Assembly (NCBI GenBank): GCA_002269645.1 | Contig: NIVC01000006.1 | Location: 248,001 to 312,000, forward strand | Length of the DNA stretch: 64,000 nt | Origin: Macrostomum lignano | Lineage: Eukaryota | Reading direction: 5' to 3' | Part shown: positions 1 to 12,065 of the stretch, piece by piece | How positions within the stretch are numbered: the first letter of the stretch is position 1 | Layout of the letters: the number at the start of each line of letters is the position of its first letter | Notes under the pieces: model-generated | The model's database searches: none | Told to the model about the DNA's origin: nothing | What the model saw: only the letters and a program-made list of their open reading frames with translations | Made by a program: the position numbers and the translations under genes

Positions 1-613
1 GTGTCATTCTAAATACCGGCGGATTCGTCATTTAATGAGCCTCAACTATACAATTCTGCCGTGCTAAACGACTGCAATAAGCGAGGCTTCGTGCACTTGA
101 AAAACGGAGTCGCAGGAGGCAAGAGATTCTATGCTGTACAGAGCTAGCTGGTTTTGAAAGTCTCGTAAAGCTTAGGCTATTAAAACCATCGAACTGTACC
201 CTGTGCATTAGCGGCCTCACTCAACCAAACACACACTCTCTCTCCCGCATCCAACTCGACTATAGAAAAGAAAATCTGTGGAAAGAGAATCGGGGGTCGA
301 GTGGGGTACGCAGCGCCTGCGCAAGGAGAAGTATAGTGTGACATTTTACCGCGTACAGAGCCAGAGTTCTTCTGCGAATAGAGCTGACACCAAAAGCATT
401 CGATTGTAATACTGGAGTCGACCAAATCTTCCTTTACAAACTGATCGCTTCTTATCTTGGAATTTGCCCGCATGGTCTGTCTTCTTCTAAACTGCGATAA
501 TAGCAAGCTGACTTTGCACGCAGCCAAGGGAACGATCAAATCTTTTGCAACAGTCGGTTTCAACGCGCCAGCTCAGATCTTCTCTGTCAAAAGAGGCCCA
601 AGAGCTGCTGCAA

Positions 614-877
614 ATGGGCTGCGTCCAGTCCTGCAGCCGACGTTCGAGGGAGCTGAACAGCTCTGCGACGGCTGAGGGGCACGACGGCTATGACCCGTCC
701 GAGCCGACGGCCACCTCGGCCAAGTACATTTACATACCGACAGTTCACACAGAGGCCGCGCCTGTTGAACCAGACTCTACCGAAAGGAACAACCCAAACA
801 GTTGTCAGGACTCAAACAATAATGGCCGGGACGAGAGCGGCAACGATACAGGAGGTATTTTAACTCTTGAAGCTTAG
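614..877 (+). CDS. 87-aa small protein with N-terminal MGCVQSCS dual-acylation motif (unknown function)
   Basis: ATG at 614 (caaATGggc), open to TAG at 875-877. G2/S6 fits the N-myristoylation consensus, and C3/C7 are candidate palmitoylation sites. The rest is low-complexity and polar. No homolog recognised. Confidence 0.5.
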   Translation: MGCVQSCSRRSRELNSSATAEGHDGYDPSEPTATSAKYIYIPTVHTEAAPVEPDSTERNNPNSCQDSNNNGRDESGNDTGGILTLEA

Positions 878-1160
878 GATTATCAAGGACTTTGGCTTCA
901 TGTTCAAATTCCTTTTACCGTTGATTGTTGCTCTCACTCTGAGAACAGGAATTTTATCTAAGAAATTGAAATTTCAAATCATCTACATGTATTTATTATT
1001 TAGGTTTTATTAGAAATGAGCTGGAGGCTGTTAAAAGAGCAAAGTACGTGTTTGAGTTTCTCTAGAGGAAGCATAGTGCTGTATGGACTTTTTCCATAGA
1101 CAAATGAGTGGTCTGTGAAACCTCTACAATAGCTATCCGGGCCGCTCAAGGTTTGTCTCA

Positions 1161-1660
1161 TCTCAGCTCTCTTCTTTCTCTCTCTTCTCTCCTCTCTCAT
1201 TTTCCCTTCCCCTATCGTCGCTCTCTCCTCTCCCCTATAGTCTCCTCTCCCCTTTCGTCTCTCTTCACTCATCTCCCCTCTCCTTTCCACTCGCCTCTCT
1301 CCCCTCTCCACTCTCTCCTCTCTCCTCTCTCCCATCCCCTCCCCTCTCTCTCCTCTCTCTCTTCTCCTCTCCCCTCTTTCCACTCATCTCCCCTCTCCCC
1401 TCCTCCTCCCCATCCCCTCGTCTCTCCCCTCTCTCCACTCATCTCCCCTCTCCTCTCTCCTCTCATCTCTCCCCTCTCCCCTCCTCTCCCGTCTCCTCTT
1501 TCTCCTCTCTCCCATCCCCTCCCCTCTCTCTCCTCTCTCCTCTCCTCTCCCCCCTCTCCCCTCCTCTCCCGTCTCCTCTTTCTCCTCTCTCCCATCCTCT
1601 CCCCTCCTCCCCCATCCCCTCGTCTCTCCCCGGCCTCTTCAAGCTCCTCTCCTCTCTCAG
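1161..1660. repeat. CT-rich low-complexity / degenerate tandem repeat
   Basis: Nearly pure C/T with recurring blocks such as ctctcccatcccctcccctctctctcctct. Confidence 0.9.
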
Positions 1661-2161
1661 GCTCTTGCGCTAGATACTATTTCTAGCATTTAAGGTTCAA
1701 AAAAGTTTACCGACCCCCTGGCTTAGAAATTGAATTCTCCGTCCAGTTTACTTTTCTAATTCTACCTTCCCCTCTTTTTCATCCTAGGGCAAAACAGGAA
1801 TTAATTAGCAGAGTTCGCAAATTCCTGTCTAAACCTAGCGGATAAAAATATGAGACCCGGTGCTTCCTTACCTCCGCACTGTAATATGACCCTAAATGTA
1901 CATAACTGGGTCTTTTAAAGTTCAAATTAACACAGTCGCTTTTATTCTGAGTGATAGGAACAGTCCTTTTAATATTTTCGTGCAAGACACGACTATAGAA
2001 ATTCGTTCGATTTTGTAACTGCCAGAAGCCTTCAGGTTTGAATGGCATTTTGAAGCAATAAACACGTGACCTGAGAGACTCGGATACTCTCACTCAGTGC
2101 TACTCCGGTATCCTTGAAGCTGAGCTATCCTGATCAATTGCTGAGCTCTAAAAGCTGCGAC

Positions 2162-5100
2162 ATGACAGTAGCAAGCTACACTGACTCAAATCTCAATCCA
2201 CCCACAGTTCCGCCGGACCATCGGGTCAGTCAGCAGCAGGTGACGTCATCAAACCACCACAATGGTCCGTCCGCAGTCACAGATGGTCCAGACTCTGTGG
2301 ACAACTCGGCCAATGGAGTTCGTAGGCCTCTTCAGGATGCTGCATCGCCAGGTATTTACATGAGCATGCGTTTCATTCTCTTATATCTACCTAAAACGTG
2401 TAGATAGGGGGTTGCAGCCTAGTGGTCAGAGCGTCGGACTCACGACTTGAAGGTTAGGGGTTCGATTCCCTATCCTACCATGAACAATTTGTGTCCTTGA
2501 GCAAGACATGTAACTCTGCATTGCTTCAGCTCACCCAGCTGTAAAATGGGTGCCAGCATTAGCTGGGGTAACTGAGGCTGTGTGTGGCGACCCCCCAGTC
2601 CCTGGACTGAACAGCCGTACTCAGTCTTCAGATGCGCCGCGCAATAGCTGCGGCTGAGCTGTCGGTTGCACATCTGGCCCAATTGGGGCAGGTGTAATCA
2701 ATTATTATATTATTATTAAACGTGTGTTTTTTCAATTGGTTTGGTTTGGTAACGTTGACTGTCTCTTCTGTTGCGACCAAATTTGTTCAAATTATCTTTT
2801 AAACTGTTGAACTTGCTGCGCAAATCGAGAAGCATTTGCAAGGTTACATTGTTTGACAGTAAACTCTAGTTCAGGGCAAAATTGTGGTGCCAGGTAGCAA
2901 AACAATTAATCTCGAACCTGATAAGTCTAATGATTTGACGTACTGAAGCAGTTCTATTTCTGAGGGTCTACAAAAACATTTTTAAGTAATACTTTATATC
3001 ATTTCAACAACTGTATTTATTTTGAACCAAAATGCGAGCTAAAAGCAACTGCATTCAGTCTAAATTTAGCACCCCGGCAGTCTTAAACCAGCTTACCATG
3101 GCATTCCTATCAGACAACCAAAGCTAACCCAACCCGTTCCTTGCTTGCGATTAAAGCAAAAATCTATTTATGTATGGTTGCTCCCTTGGAGTCTGATCTC
3201 TATAAGAAGACGCATACCATCTGTGTATTTATTTATATTTTTGTCTAAAAACGAACCTGCAGCATGCTCAGCATCCTCTGCAGCCTCATCAACATCCGCA
3301 TCAGCAGCAGCGCCAGCAACAGCTTTGGCTCTGTTGAAGCCTCGCAGTCGAGTGCCGATCAGCCTCGAGGAAAGCGTAGCTGAGACGCAGGCGTTGCCGG
3401 AAATTCATTGTAAGGGAAATGGCATGACGTGGCAGAATAACACGCTTGCAGAGATGCACTTTTATTCGGACAATAACGGATTAGTTTGACTTTACCAAGC
3501 ATCAGCTCAGCGGCAACGCGTGGATTGTGTTTGCCGTGTGACTCACTCACGGTCAGCACATCCTGAGTGAGCGTGTGTCTGAGCGCGAACTAACAAACCA
3601 ACTAAAGAGTCATTACCAGTTGTTTCGCCTTTCTAATGAAGAAACTTAGACTGGAAAACTCTTCAGAAAAGCAGGCTTTCTAAATCGATTTGCAGACATT
3701 TTACTATTCAACAGCATTTCTGTTGGATATGTCACTTAATTGCACATCTGGCACCCAACGTTCTCAAATTCTGTCAAGCTGTATGCTGCTTAAATCTCAG
3801 AAAATATTCTCTAGATGACCAAGTTTTCAAGTCAAGAGAGGCACTCAAATATGTAATTGTAGCTTTTTGACTCTAACCAATTGACTAACAGCCTAGCAAC
3901 AACCGAATGCTCGACTCCCCTGCATCCCCTGCACTGCACCCGAACTGAACTGTTTCAGGAAATTGGCACGAAATGAAATTCATGCACGCTTCAGACAGGT
4001 TAAATATAGATTGATAAGTGCAGAGAGAGTGCAGTGACTGCTACAGGCCACGCCAAATCCAAAGCCCCACATTTTCTTCTCTGACACTCCAGACTCTACT
4101 AGTCATAGTCAGCCGCAGCAGCAGGAGTTCCTGCCGGTTGTCACCTTCAATCAGCCAGCAGCTTCGGTAGCAACAGTAGTGCCTGCCTTGGTAGTCAATG
4201 GTGAGTCTTTCTAAGCACATTTTTTTACAGTAAAAGTTGCAGTTCTACCGTAATGATTTTAATCTATGAACTATGCTTTGTAAGGCACATTTATTCCCTT
4301 TTACATCTAAATAATCTTAGACGGTAAATCTCGTGACCAGAAGACATGAGTCCGGGGTAATCCTCAGCTGCAATTCGATTCGAATGCAACTCCGGATTAG
4401 AGTAGGTATATACCTCGAGATCTATTATACAATAGAATGTTGCAGCTTAGCACTCTATCCCAACCTAAATGAGTAGCTATCGAATTACACTATAGCTCCC
4501 CTGTCAAGAGTCAGGAGTCAGAGACAATTCATAACAGTGTAGGTCGATATACTTGCATGCAAGAGGGGGGGCAGAGCCACTGAGCGGTAAACGGGTCTGA
4601 ACACCCCGTGTGAGCGCGTGTACGCGTGGCTGCCTTGCGCTTTGCGTCATTGTGCATCTCATAACCCTCCTGCAAATATTTAATATTTTAGGGACGAAGC
4701 AGGGTGTATATTAATTTGACTTAGTTTGACCGAATTATTTCATCAACCGGCTTAAGTTTAACCGCAAAACCTTCCACCAATTCATATAAATCCCTATTTC
4801 TACCTTTAGTTTATGTCTCAATACATTGTATCACCAGCAATGATCTCACTTTAAATAGATAGAAGAGCGGCTGTATAAAATGAAACAATTATTTTGTGCA
4901 AATTGCCCACCAAGAAAAAAACAGGACTGAAGCAATTATGATGAAGATCGGTTGCAGAGAAGGGGAACGGAGTTTATACCATACCACATCGCGTGGGAGG
5001 GCGCTTCGGAACTGAGGAGCCTAAGCATGTAGAAAACCGGGAGGTGGGGTGCGGCTTCCTGATAAGCGGAGCGAACACAGAATCTTCCCTTGGTCTAACA

Positions 5101-6522
5101 CGGGTCGCGCGGTCCATTTGACCCAATTCGCCAATGCAGGCAAGGACAGCATCGCAGGGCAGAAGCAGCCGCAACAGAATCGGTCCCGGTCGCCGCCGCC
5201 ACCACCGCGGCCAGCTGACGACGACGACGACGACGACGATGATGACGAAGAAGAAGACAAGAAAGATGAGCAGCAGCAGGTGGATGCAAGTTCCGCCGCC
5301 AAGTTTAACGTCGTTGACGACGACGGAGACAGCGACGACAGCGAACAGAGCGCCGAAGAACGCGGCTTCTACGACGATGTGGCCGAAGACAGCGACGATG
5401 ACGATGACATCAGCGAAGAATTCGGCGGCTCCCGCGGCAAAACGGTATACGAGAAGGTTCGCGCCAGGGAGCCGGACCTGAGCCGCCAGCCGGACCGGGG
5501 CATCATGCGCAAGCCGGGCGAGGCCGGCCGCCTGGCCGCCAAGGTGACTCGCAAGGAGTCGCTCGCGCGCTTCCTTGAAAACCAGCGACGCGAGAGGAAG
5601 AACGGCCTCCAATTGCAACGGGTGCCGTCGCAGCTTCGACGCGAGGAGCGTCGCCGGATTGGCAACGTTCTCGAGCGACGGCTCAGCCAGCGTCCAACAG
5701 CAGAGGAGCTGGAGAATCGGAACATTCTGCACGTCGACTCGGAGGCGGAGCTGGAGTCCGCCCGACAGCAGACCATCAGGTACCTGACGCGGAAGCTCAG
5801 CTACCGGCCAACTGTGCATGAGTTGCGGAAGCGGCGAATTATCGATTTCAATGACTACGTCGAAGTGACGGACACCGAGGAGTACGACCGCGGCATCGAC
5901 AAGCCGTGGACCCGGCTCACGGCAACAGACAAGGTGAGTGGATCACAATTGTGGATTCATTGAGTTTAGCAAATATGAGCACACTAATGTGAAACTGAAC
6001 GCTAGGCTTAGACGAGCTCTGGATTATGTAGCTATAGAAGCATTTCCAAGCAAATTGCAGCAGAAATTGAAAGATTTGAATCATAGCGAACCTCCAGATC
6101 AGGGGTCGGCACCTCGAGGACCAGATAGAGAACCTAGAGCATGACTGCCGGCCAGAGGAGGGGGGAGAGGAGAGGGAAGAGGGAGAGGAGAAGAGAGGAA
6201 AAGAGAGGAGGGATGAAATCGAAGAGGAGAGCGGAGATGTTAGAGAGGAAAGGTTGAGCGGACCGGATTGCTTTTGTGAAGTTTCAAAGGACCCGGCGTC
6301 CTACTACATTTGTACATTTGTGCTCTATTGCTCATACATTCATAGCTACTGGCTATTCACGTGAATTTGTTCGTGGTTGAGAAATCTAAAATCATCTTTG
6401 TTTCCAAATATTTCCCTTCACAACTACAGGCCAGAATTCGCAAGGAGCTCAATGACTTCAAAGCCAACGAGATGCCAGTTCACGAGGAGAGCCGAAAGCA
6501 CACACGATTTCACAAACCCTAA
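2162..6522 (+). CDS. PHACTR: Phosphatase and actin regulator (Phactr), ~443 aa, 5 predicted coding exons
   Basis: Exons 2162-2351, 3263-3409, 4093-4200, 5140-5933, 6430-6522. All introns are GT..AG with compatible phases (1,1,1,0), total 1332 nt. The C-terminus has RPEL repeats (RRLSQRPTAEELENRNIL, RKLSYRPTVHELRKRRII) and the Phactr PP1-binding tail ([54 protein letters not shown]). The last two exons are near certain; the three 5' exons are less so. Confidence 0.92.
2407..2720 (+). mobile_element. tRNA-derived SINE with CORE-like central domain, copy 1
   Basis: A-box (gcagcctagtggtcagag), B-box (ggttcgattcc), central tgtgtccttgagcaagacatgtaac...cagctgtaaaatggg and (ATT)n tail. Highly similar to the copies at 8842-9122 and 11193-11500. 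Confidence 0.85.
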
Positions 6523-6840
6523 CTAAGCAGGTGAACCAGAACAGAACCCGAAAACTACATGTATGAATCTGAAAGAAACTTTTTTAAGTCAAACATCGAT
6601 CAAGCGAAGTCCCTCAATGTTTTTGAGCTTATTACCAGTTTTTTAATCCCGAGAGGCGCTACACTTCGAGCCGCGACCGTGTTATGGGTGCTTATTGCAT
6701 TCGCAAGTCGTGTGTTAGTGCCTCCTTAACTCGTAACTCAAAACCACAGGCGTCCTTGCTCGCATTAGCCAAACTTTCGGGCCATAGACGATGAGCCGCT
6801 GCATCCCAGAGCTGCCACCAGTGTAGCGCTCTGCCCCTCT

Positions 6841-6960
6841 GGATTCTATGCTTCTATGCTCTGGTTCTCTGGTTCTATGCTGGTTTTCTGGTTCTATGCT
6901 CTGGATCATAGAATGTGTGCTCTGGATCATAGAATCTGTGCTCTGGATCATATAATGTGT
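6841..6960. repeat. short tandem repeat (13-bp and 21-bp units)
   Basis: ctggttctatgct-like units followed by about 3 copies of ctggatcatagaatgtgtgct. Confidence 0.7.
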
Positions 6961-8229
6961 AATGTGTTAATGCAAAGAGTAAATGCACTCAGCTCGAACT
7001 TAGTTTACAGGTAGTGATCTTGCCATTTTGCTTATTCCCTGTGTGTAATCATTCAATTCATCCATAGCTTGTTTATGAGGCTTGCTTTTGAATAATTTAT
7101 TTTTCAGAGCAAAATACGAGTCCTTTTAATGCATGTAACTACGCGGGTATAATGAAAATTATTTCGGTATTATAATATTTGCATTATTAGTAGTCATGCA
7201 GTCGTTGGGGTTTTCTGCGGTTTGTTGATATTTTGCAGCCGTTAAAGTCCTTTTATAGCGTATAGCGTAAATGTACGTTGGAGTAATAAATCAAGTATTC
7301 CTTTCTCGGATAATGGAAATTGTGAACTGCTTCCATCTGACCTGATTGACTAAAACTATTTGTCTTATAAACAATATTTTTGTCATAATAAATCAGTTAA
7401 AATGTACTTTTATTTGTATGCATGTACTCTGTGTTGTATTTAAAGTGTGATAATTATTGCAATACTGAATCGTTTTGTATTTGTTTTGTACTTTCGTAAT
7501 AAATCTAAAAGCTCCAATGCGAAGCGTGCGTGCACTGCCGTCTCTTTTGCGCAGGGCGTGACCGCACTCGGTGCAAACCGAAGTTTGAGCTGCATATAGG
7601 ATTAATAAATAAATAAATATACATATATTCCTCTGTTGGGGAATTGCGACTTCAAAGCAATCATGATAAGCCGCTGTCTGCATTTTTTTTAAAATTAGTT
7701 ATCATATAAATTAAGTAACATATGGCTATCAATTATAGCTAAGCTGTTCCTACATTTCTCCACAGGTGCCCATCTAGCTATACAGCGTGTATGTATGGAT
7801 AATTTTATTTCAATTCTGTTCAATATTCATTATATAGTACCAGTTAACAGACAGCAATTTATACATTTAGGGGTGCGGACTTTGAGGAGCTCCATTATTA
7901 CAGCACAATACAGAATTACAGCTAGCATTATAAACTAGATAGATAGAGTTATACTACTGCTAGTCTCAGTCAAAGTAGCCAGTTACAGATTTTTCGAATT
8001 ACTTTGTTGTTGCAACAAGTTTAAACGAAATAAAGCAAAGATAGCTTTATTGTTATAACAGGGATGTTGGGAGCCAGCAGGGTGAAGTGTAATAAGAAAT
8101 GCAATTTACTTACACCAAGAAATGAAAAATTAAAAAAGAGAACAAGCTTATAGATGTGATCAGAAAAAGATCGAGAATACAACTATGAAAATCTCAACTC
8201 TTGATCAAGTTGGCAAAGAGAAACTTCAC

Positions 8230-8680
8230 CACAGATACTCGAATAACTAGTAGATGGGCCACTCAGCACATTTGCGTGTAAGCTACTTTCAGTTCAGTAG
8301 TAAGTTAAACAGAAGCATTTTAATGTATTTTTAAAGCCAAAGCTTATTTATTGGCCCTTACCCCCCCCCCAGCTTAAACCTTCCAACCGCGCCTTTCCAC
8401 TACCCCCCGCCCCATTTTTTTTGCCTTTCTCGGAATTCCAGCCTAAGGCTGCCATGTACATTTCAGTGGACTGGCCAATGTACATTACTGCTGAACCAAT
8501 TAGCAAGTTGTTTACGCCTGCAAGCTTGGGCTTCTAAACTTATCAAAGTCATTTCAGCTGCCTTTAATTTCATAAAAATAGCTTATGTATTCTTCTATGC
8601 TACTGAACTGAAAGTAGAAAGTTGTTTTGCTTAGCATATATGCCTGAGTGGCCCATCCAGTTATTCTAGTATCATCTGTG
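8230..8680. mobile_element. MITE-like element with long imperfect terminal inverted repeats
   Basis: cacagatactcgaataactagtagatgggccactcag...ctactttcagttcagtag (8230-8300) is the imperfect reverse complement of ctactgaactgaaagtag...ctgagtggcccatccagttattctagtatcatctgtg (8600-8680). No clear TSD. Confidence 0.6.
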
Positions 8681-8841
8681 TTCGGCAATCGTAAGCTTCG
8701 ATCTCTAGAGCAATGAACCATTATAATCTACGTTTGCAACAGGGCGAAACACTCGCTTAAAAGTGCATCAATGAGATAGAATAAAAAGTCAACGATTTAA
8801 AGTACTTAAAGGACGATTTCTTACTTTCGGCCGCTATTACA

Positions 8842-9122
8842 AATAATAATAAAATTGATTACACAGATGTGCAACCGACAGCTCAGCCGCAGCTATTGCG
8901 CGGCGCATCTGAAGGCTGCGTACGGCTGTTCAGTCCAAGGACTGGGGGGTCGCCACACACCCTCAGTTACCCCAGAAAATGCTGGCACCCATTTTACAGC
9001 TGGGTGAACTGAAGCAATGCAGAGTTAAATGTCTTGCTCAAGGACACAAATGGTTCATAGTGGGGCAGGGAATCGAACTCCCGACCTTCAAATTGTGAGT
9101 CCGATGCTCTAACCACTAGGCT
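8842..9122 (-). mobile_element. tRNA-derived CORE-like SINE, copy 2
   Basis: Reverse complement of the same SINE. It lacks the short gcccaattggggcag segment just before the 3' tail. Confidence 0.85.
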
Positions 9123-9461
9123 AAAATCTAAGCAAAAATGCTAGTGAAGACTGTCATAACTTTAATTCCCAGCCATTAAATGTTTTTTCTCCGCTCAAGG
9201 TTGTCTATGGTAAAAATCCCTCGCAGGCACTGGCTGGAGCAAAAATAAAGCTTTGCAAATAGATAAATGAAGGCCATGCCAATATGACATTCGGTCTGAG
9301 ACCCCTAGAAATCAACGGCTCAATAGTGCCGACACAGGAAAGCAATCATATGCTGCTTCACAATAGCTCAACCTCAATGTCTCTTCTCAGTTCTCTTAAT
9401 CTCCTCTCTCATCCCATATCCCAGCCAGAAACATAACAGAGACAATCAATCAGGTATCAAA

Positions 9462-9989
9462 TCAGCCCTGGCTGACAGCTGTAGGCCAGTTCGCGCACAG
9501 CCGTTCAATGTCATCCAACGACAGCGAGTCAACCTTGGCGGCGAGAGCGCGGCTAAACATGGCCACATAGGAGTCGGCGTCTGCCGGCGCCATGCCCGGA
9601 TTGTCACGAACAACCCGACGCCGGAGTAGGTCGGCGAATGTCGCTGTTGCTGTTGTTGACGAAGCAGACGGTTTGTCGGTGCCAACATTCGAAGAGTCAG
9701 CGGCAGCCGCGACATGCGCTGGTCCCGATGATTCAGCAGAAGTCGCAGCTTCCTTGACAACCAGAACTAATCGATCGCCGTTTCGAACGCCCAGACTGGA
9801 CAGACTGGCATCAGCGACGTCTGCGGGCACCAGCAGTGGCCGGCCGCGCAGCATCAGGCGCTGATTGGCTGGCGGACAGCCGAACGCTTCAGATACGGCC
9901 CGGTGCAGCTCGGCGAGGCTGGCACCGTCTGGCAGTTCAATGGTGTGCTCACCACCGCGGAGCTGCTTCACTGTCAGGCTGGGCATCAT
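9462..9989 (-). CDS. UBL4A: Ubiquitin-like protein 4A (GET5/GdX homolog), 175 aa, single coding exon
   Basis: N-terminal ubiquitin-like domain (LTVKQLRGGEHTIEL...QRLMLRGRPL...LGVRNGDRLVLVVK). C-terminal segment SLSLDDIERL matches the UBL4A BAG6-binding region (human RLTLDDIERL). Confidence 0.85.
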   Translation of the reverse strand: MMPSLTVKQLRGGEHTIELPDGASLAELHRAVSEAFGCPPANQRLMLRGRPLLVPADVADASLSSLGVRNGDRLVLVVKEAATSAESSGPAHVAAAADSSNVGTDKPSASSTTATATFADLLRRRVVRDNPGMAPADADSYVAMFSRALAAKVDSLSLDDIERLCANWPTAVSQG

Positions 9990-10020
9990 GAGAGATTGTT
10001 GGAGCTCAGCTCAGAGTTGA

Positions 10021-10600
10021 GTTCAGCTATGAATATGAGCCAACTCAGCTATGAACAGGAGCCAACTCAGCTATGAATATGAGCCAACTCAGCTATGAAT
10101 ATGAGCCAACTCAGCTATGAATATGAGCCAACTCAGCTATGAATATGAGCCAACTCAGCTATGAACAGCAGCCAACTCAGCTATGAACAGCAGCCAACTC
10201 AGCTATGAACAGCAGCCAACTCAGCTATGAATATGAGCCAACTCAGCTATGAACAGGAGCCAACTCAGCTATGAATATGAGCCAACTCAGCTATGAATAT
10301 GAGCCAACTCAGCTATGAATATGAGCCATCTCAGCTATGAACAGCAGCCAACTCAGCTATGAACAGCAGCCAACTCAGCTATGAACAGCAGCCAACTCAG
10401 CTATGAATATGAGCCAACTCAGCTATGAATATGAGCCAACTCAGCTATGAACAGGAGCCAACTCAGCTATGAATATGAGCCAACTCAGCTATGAATAGGA
10501 GCCAACTCAGTTATGAATAGGAGCCAACTCAGCTATGAACAGGAGCCAACTCAGCTATGAATATGAGCCAACTCAGCTATGAATAAGAGAGCTCAGATAT
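10021..10600. repeat. 22-bp minisatellite (gagccaactcagctatgaatat), ~26 copies
   Basis: Direct tandem units with three variants (atat/cagg/cagc). It begins about 30 bp upstream of the UBL4A ATG. Confidence 0.97.
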
Positions 10601-11192
10601 GAATAGGAACCATTTTTATTGCTAGATATGATTCAGATATTTTAACAGAAAATGCAGAAGATTTCATAACTAAGGTGGTTGAGACGCTATAGATGCTGAG
10701 AGCAGTTGATGATTGGGATACTCAGGGACTTAGTCAACCATAAACGGTACAAAAATAAAGCTGAAGCACACAACCACTGGTTGCCAACAGTCTCCAATGA
10801 CAACAGAACGCACTGTCCTCATTCCCAAAGTTCAGCGCCGGGTCTAAAAATCAATAGACCACGGCAAACACGCAAGAAATGTTTATTAATTTCCTTTCTT
10901 CTCTTTCGCAGGCGCCAAAGGCGAAGCAAAATAAAAATGCACGCAAACAGACAACATCAGCAAAGAGAATTTACCAAAGCACGCAGGACAAGAGCAATGC
11001 AATCGGACAAATTAATTTGAGTAAAATACAGGAAACACTATTTCTTAGAAATTATTCGAGGCAAATGCACAAAAATTGCTTTTATATTTCGATCATTTTT
11101 TATCTTTCCAAGCAAAAAATGTCTGAAATGACAAACAATATCATTATTCCCTGGTTTCCTCCTAATAAAACCACTGCTTATTCATATTTAAA

Positions 11193-11500
11193 GGGGGTTG
11201 TAGCCAGTGGTTAGAGGGTCGGACTCGCGACTTGAAGGTCGGGAGTTCGATTCCCGATCCCACTATGAACAATTTGTGTCATTGAGCAAGACATTTAACT
11301 CTGCATTGCTTCAGTTCACCCAGCTGTAAAATGGGTGCCAGCATTAGCTGGGGTAATTGAGGGTGTGTGGCGACCCCCCAGTCCTTGGGCTGAACAGCCG
11401 TACGCAGCCTTCAGATGCGCCTCGCAATAGCTGCGGCTGAGCTGTCGGTTGCACATCTGGCCTAATTGGGGCAGGTGTAATCAATTATTATTATAAATTG
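11193..11500 (+). mobile_element. tRNA-derived CORE-like SINE, copy 3
   Basis: gggggttgtagccagtggttagag (A-box), gttcgattccc (B-box), same body and attattatta tail as copy 1. Confidence 0.85.
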
Positions 11501-12065
11501 TATTATTATACTCTATTTGAACCAGCCTCAAATATTTTCTAAGCTTTTGTGAGGCCTACGCTTGGTAACTATAGATGAGAGTACATCAAAATTCAGAGAG
11601 ACAGGCAGACAAGGGAATACAGGTTTAAGCATCAATCAAGAAATTCTAACAGAACAACATTTCACTGAGAACTTATCTCCAGTTGCGATATTCAATAGAA
11701 TAAGCAATAACAAAGTCACCCCGAGGATAAAAGCTCAAACCAAAAAGCGCACTGAACAAGGGTTACCCAAGCCTCCTATTTACTTTCACAAAGCAGAGAG
11801 TAAACTTTACTTTACTAATGAAAATTCAACAAAATTAAGCAAACTCGAGAAAACTTGCAACAGTTGAAAATTCTAAATACGAGTATAGTGTCGCAATGGG
11901 GTTGGAATTCGAATGACACGCGTGCACAATCGCACGTACGAGGGTATGCCATAAAGCGTATAACTTATCACTAGGCGTGCACAACTGCTGCCTGAGCTGT
12001 TGAAATTTGCCCTAACTAATAAATTGACACTTTGAATCATTTGTTGTCACTCTATCAGTAAGATA

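Noticed and set aside
180-563. 127-aa minus-strand ORF with a possible exon (~348-495)
   Set aside because: Plausible splice sites, but no recognisable homology and no partner exon in the window.
2407-2480. Possible tRNA genes at the SINE heads (also 9050-9122 and 11193-11265)
   Set aside because: A/B boxes are present but the acceptor stem and terminator are not, and each continues into the same 230-bp SINE body.
2480-2700. Hammerhead ribozyme in the SINE (as in Schistosoma Sm-alpha)
   Set aside because: No CTGAnGA...GAAA core found by eye on either strand; an Infernal scan would settle it.
4974-5819. Antisense and alternate-frame ORFs over Phactr, UBL4A, GPCR, tubulin and dymeclin exons
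   Set aside because: Expected shadows of GC-rich coding sequence.
11935-11960. tacgagggt, similar to a mariner TIR start
   Set aside because: No matching inverted copy found.
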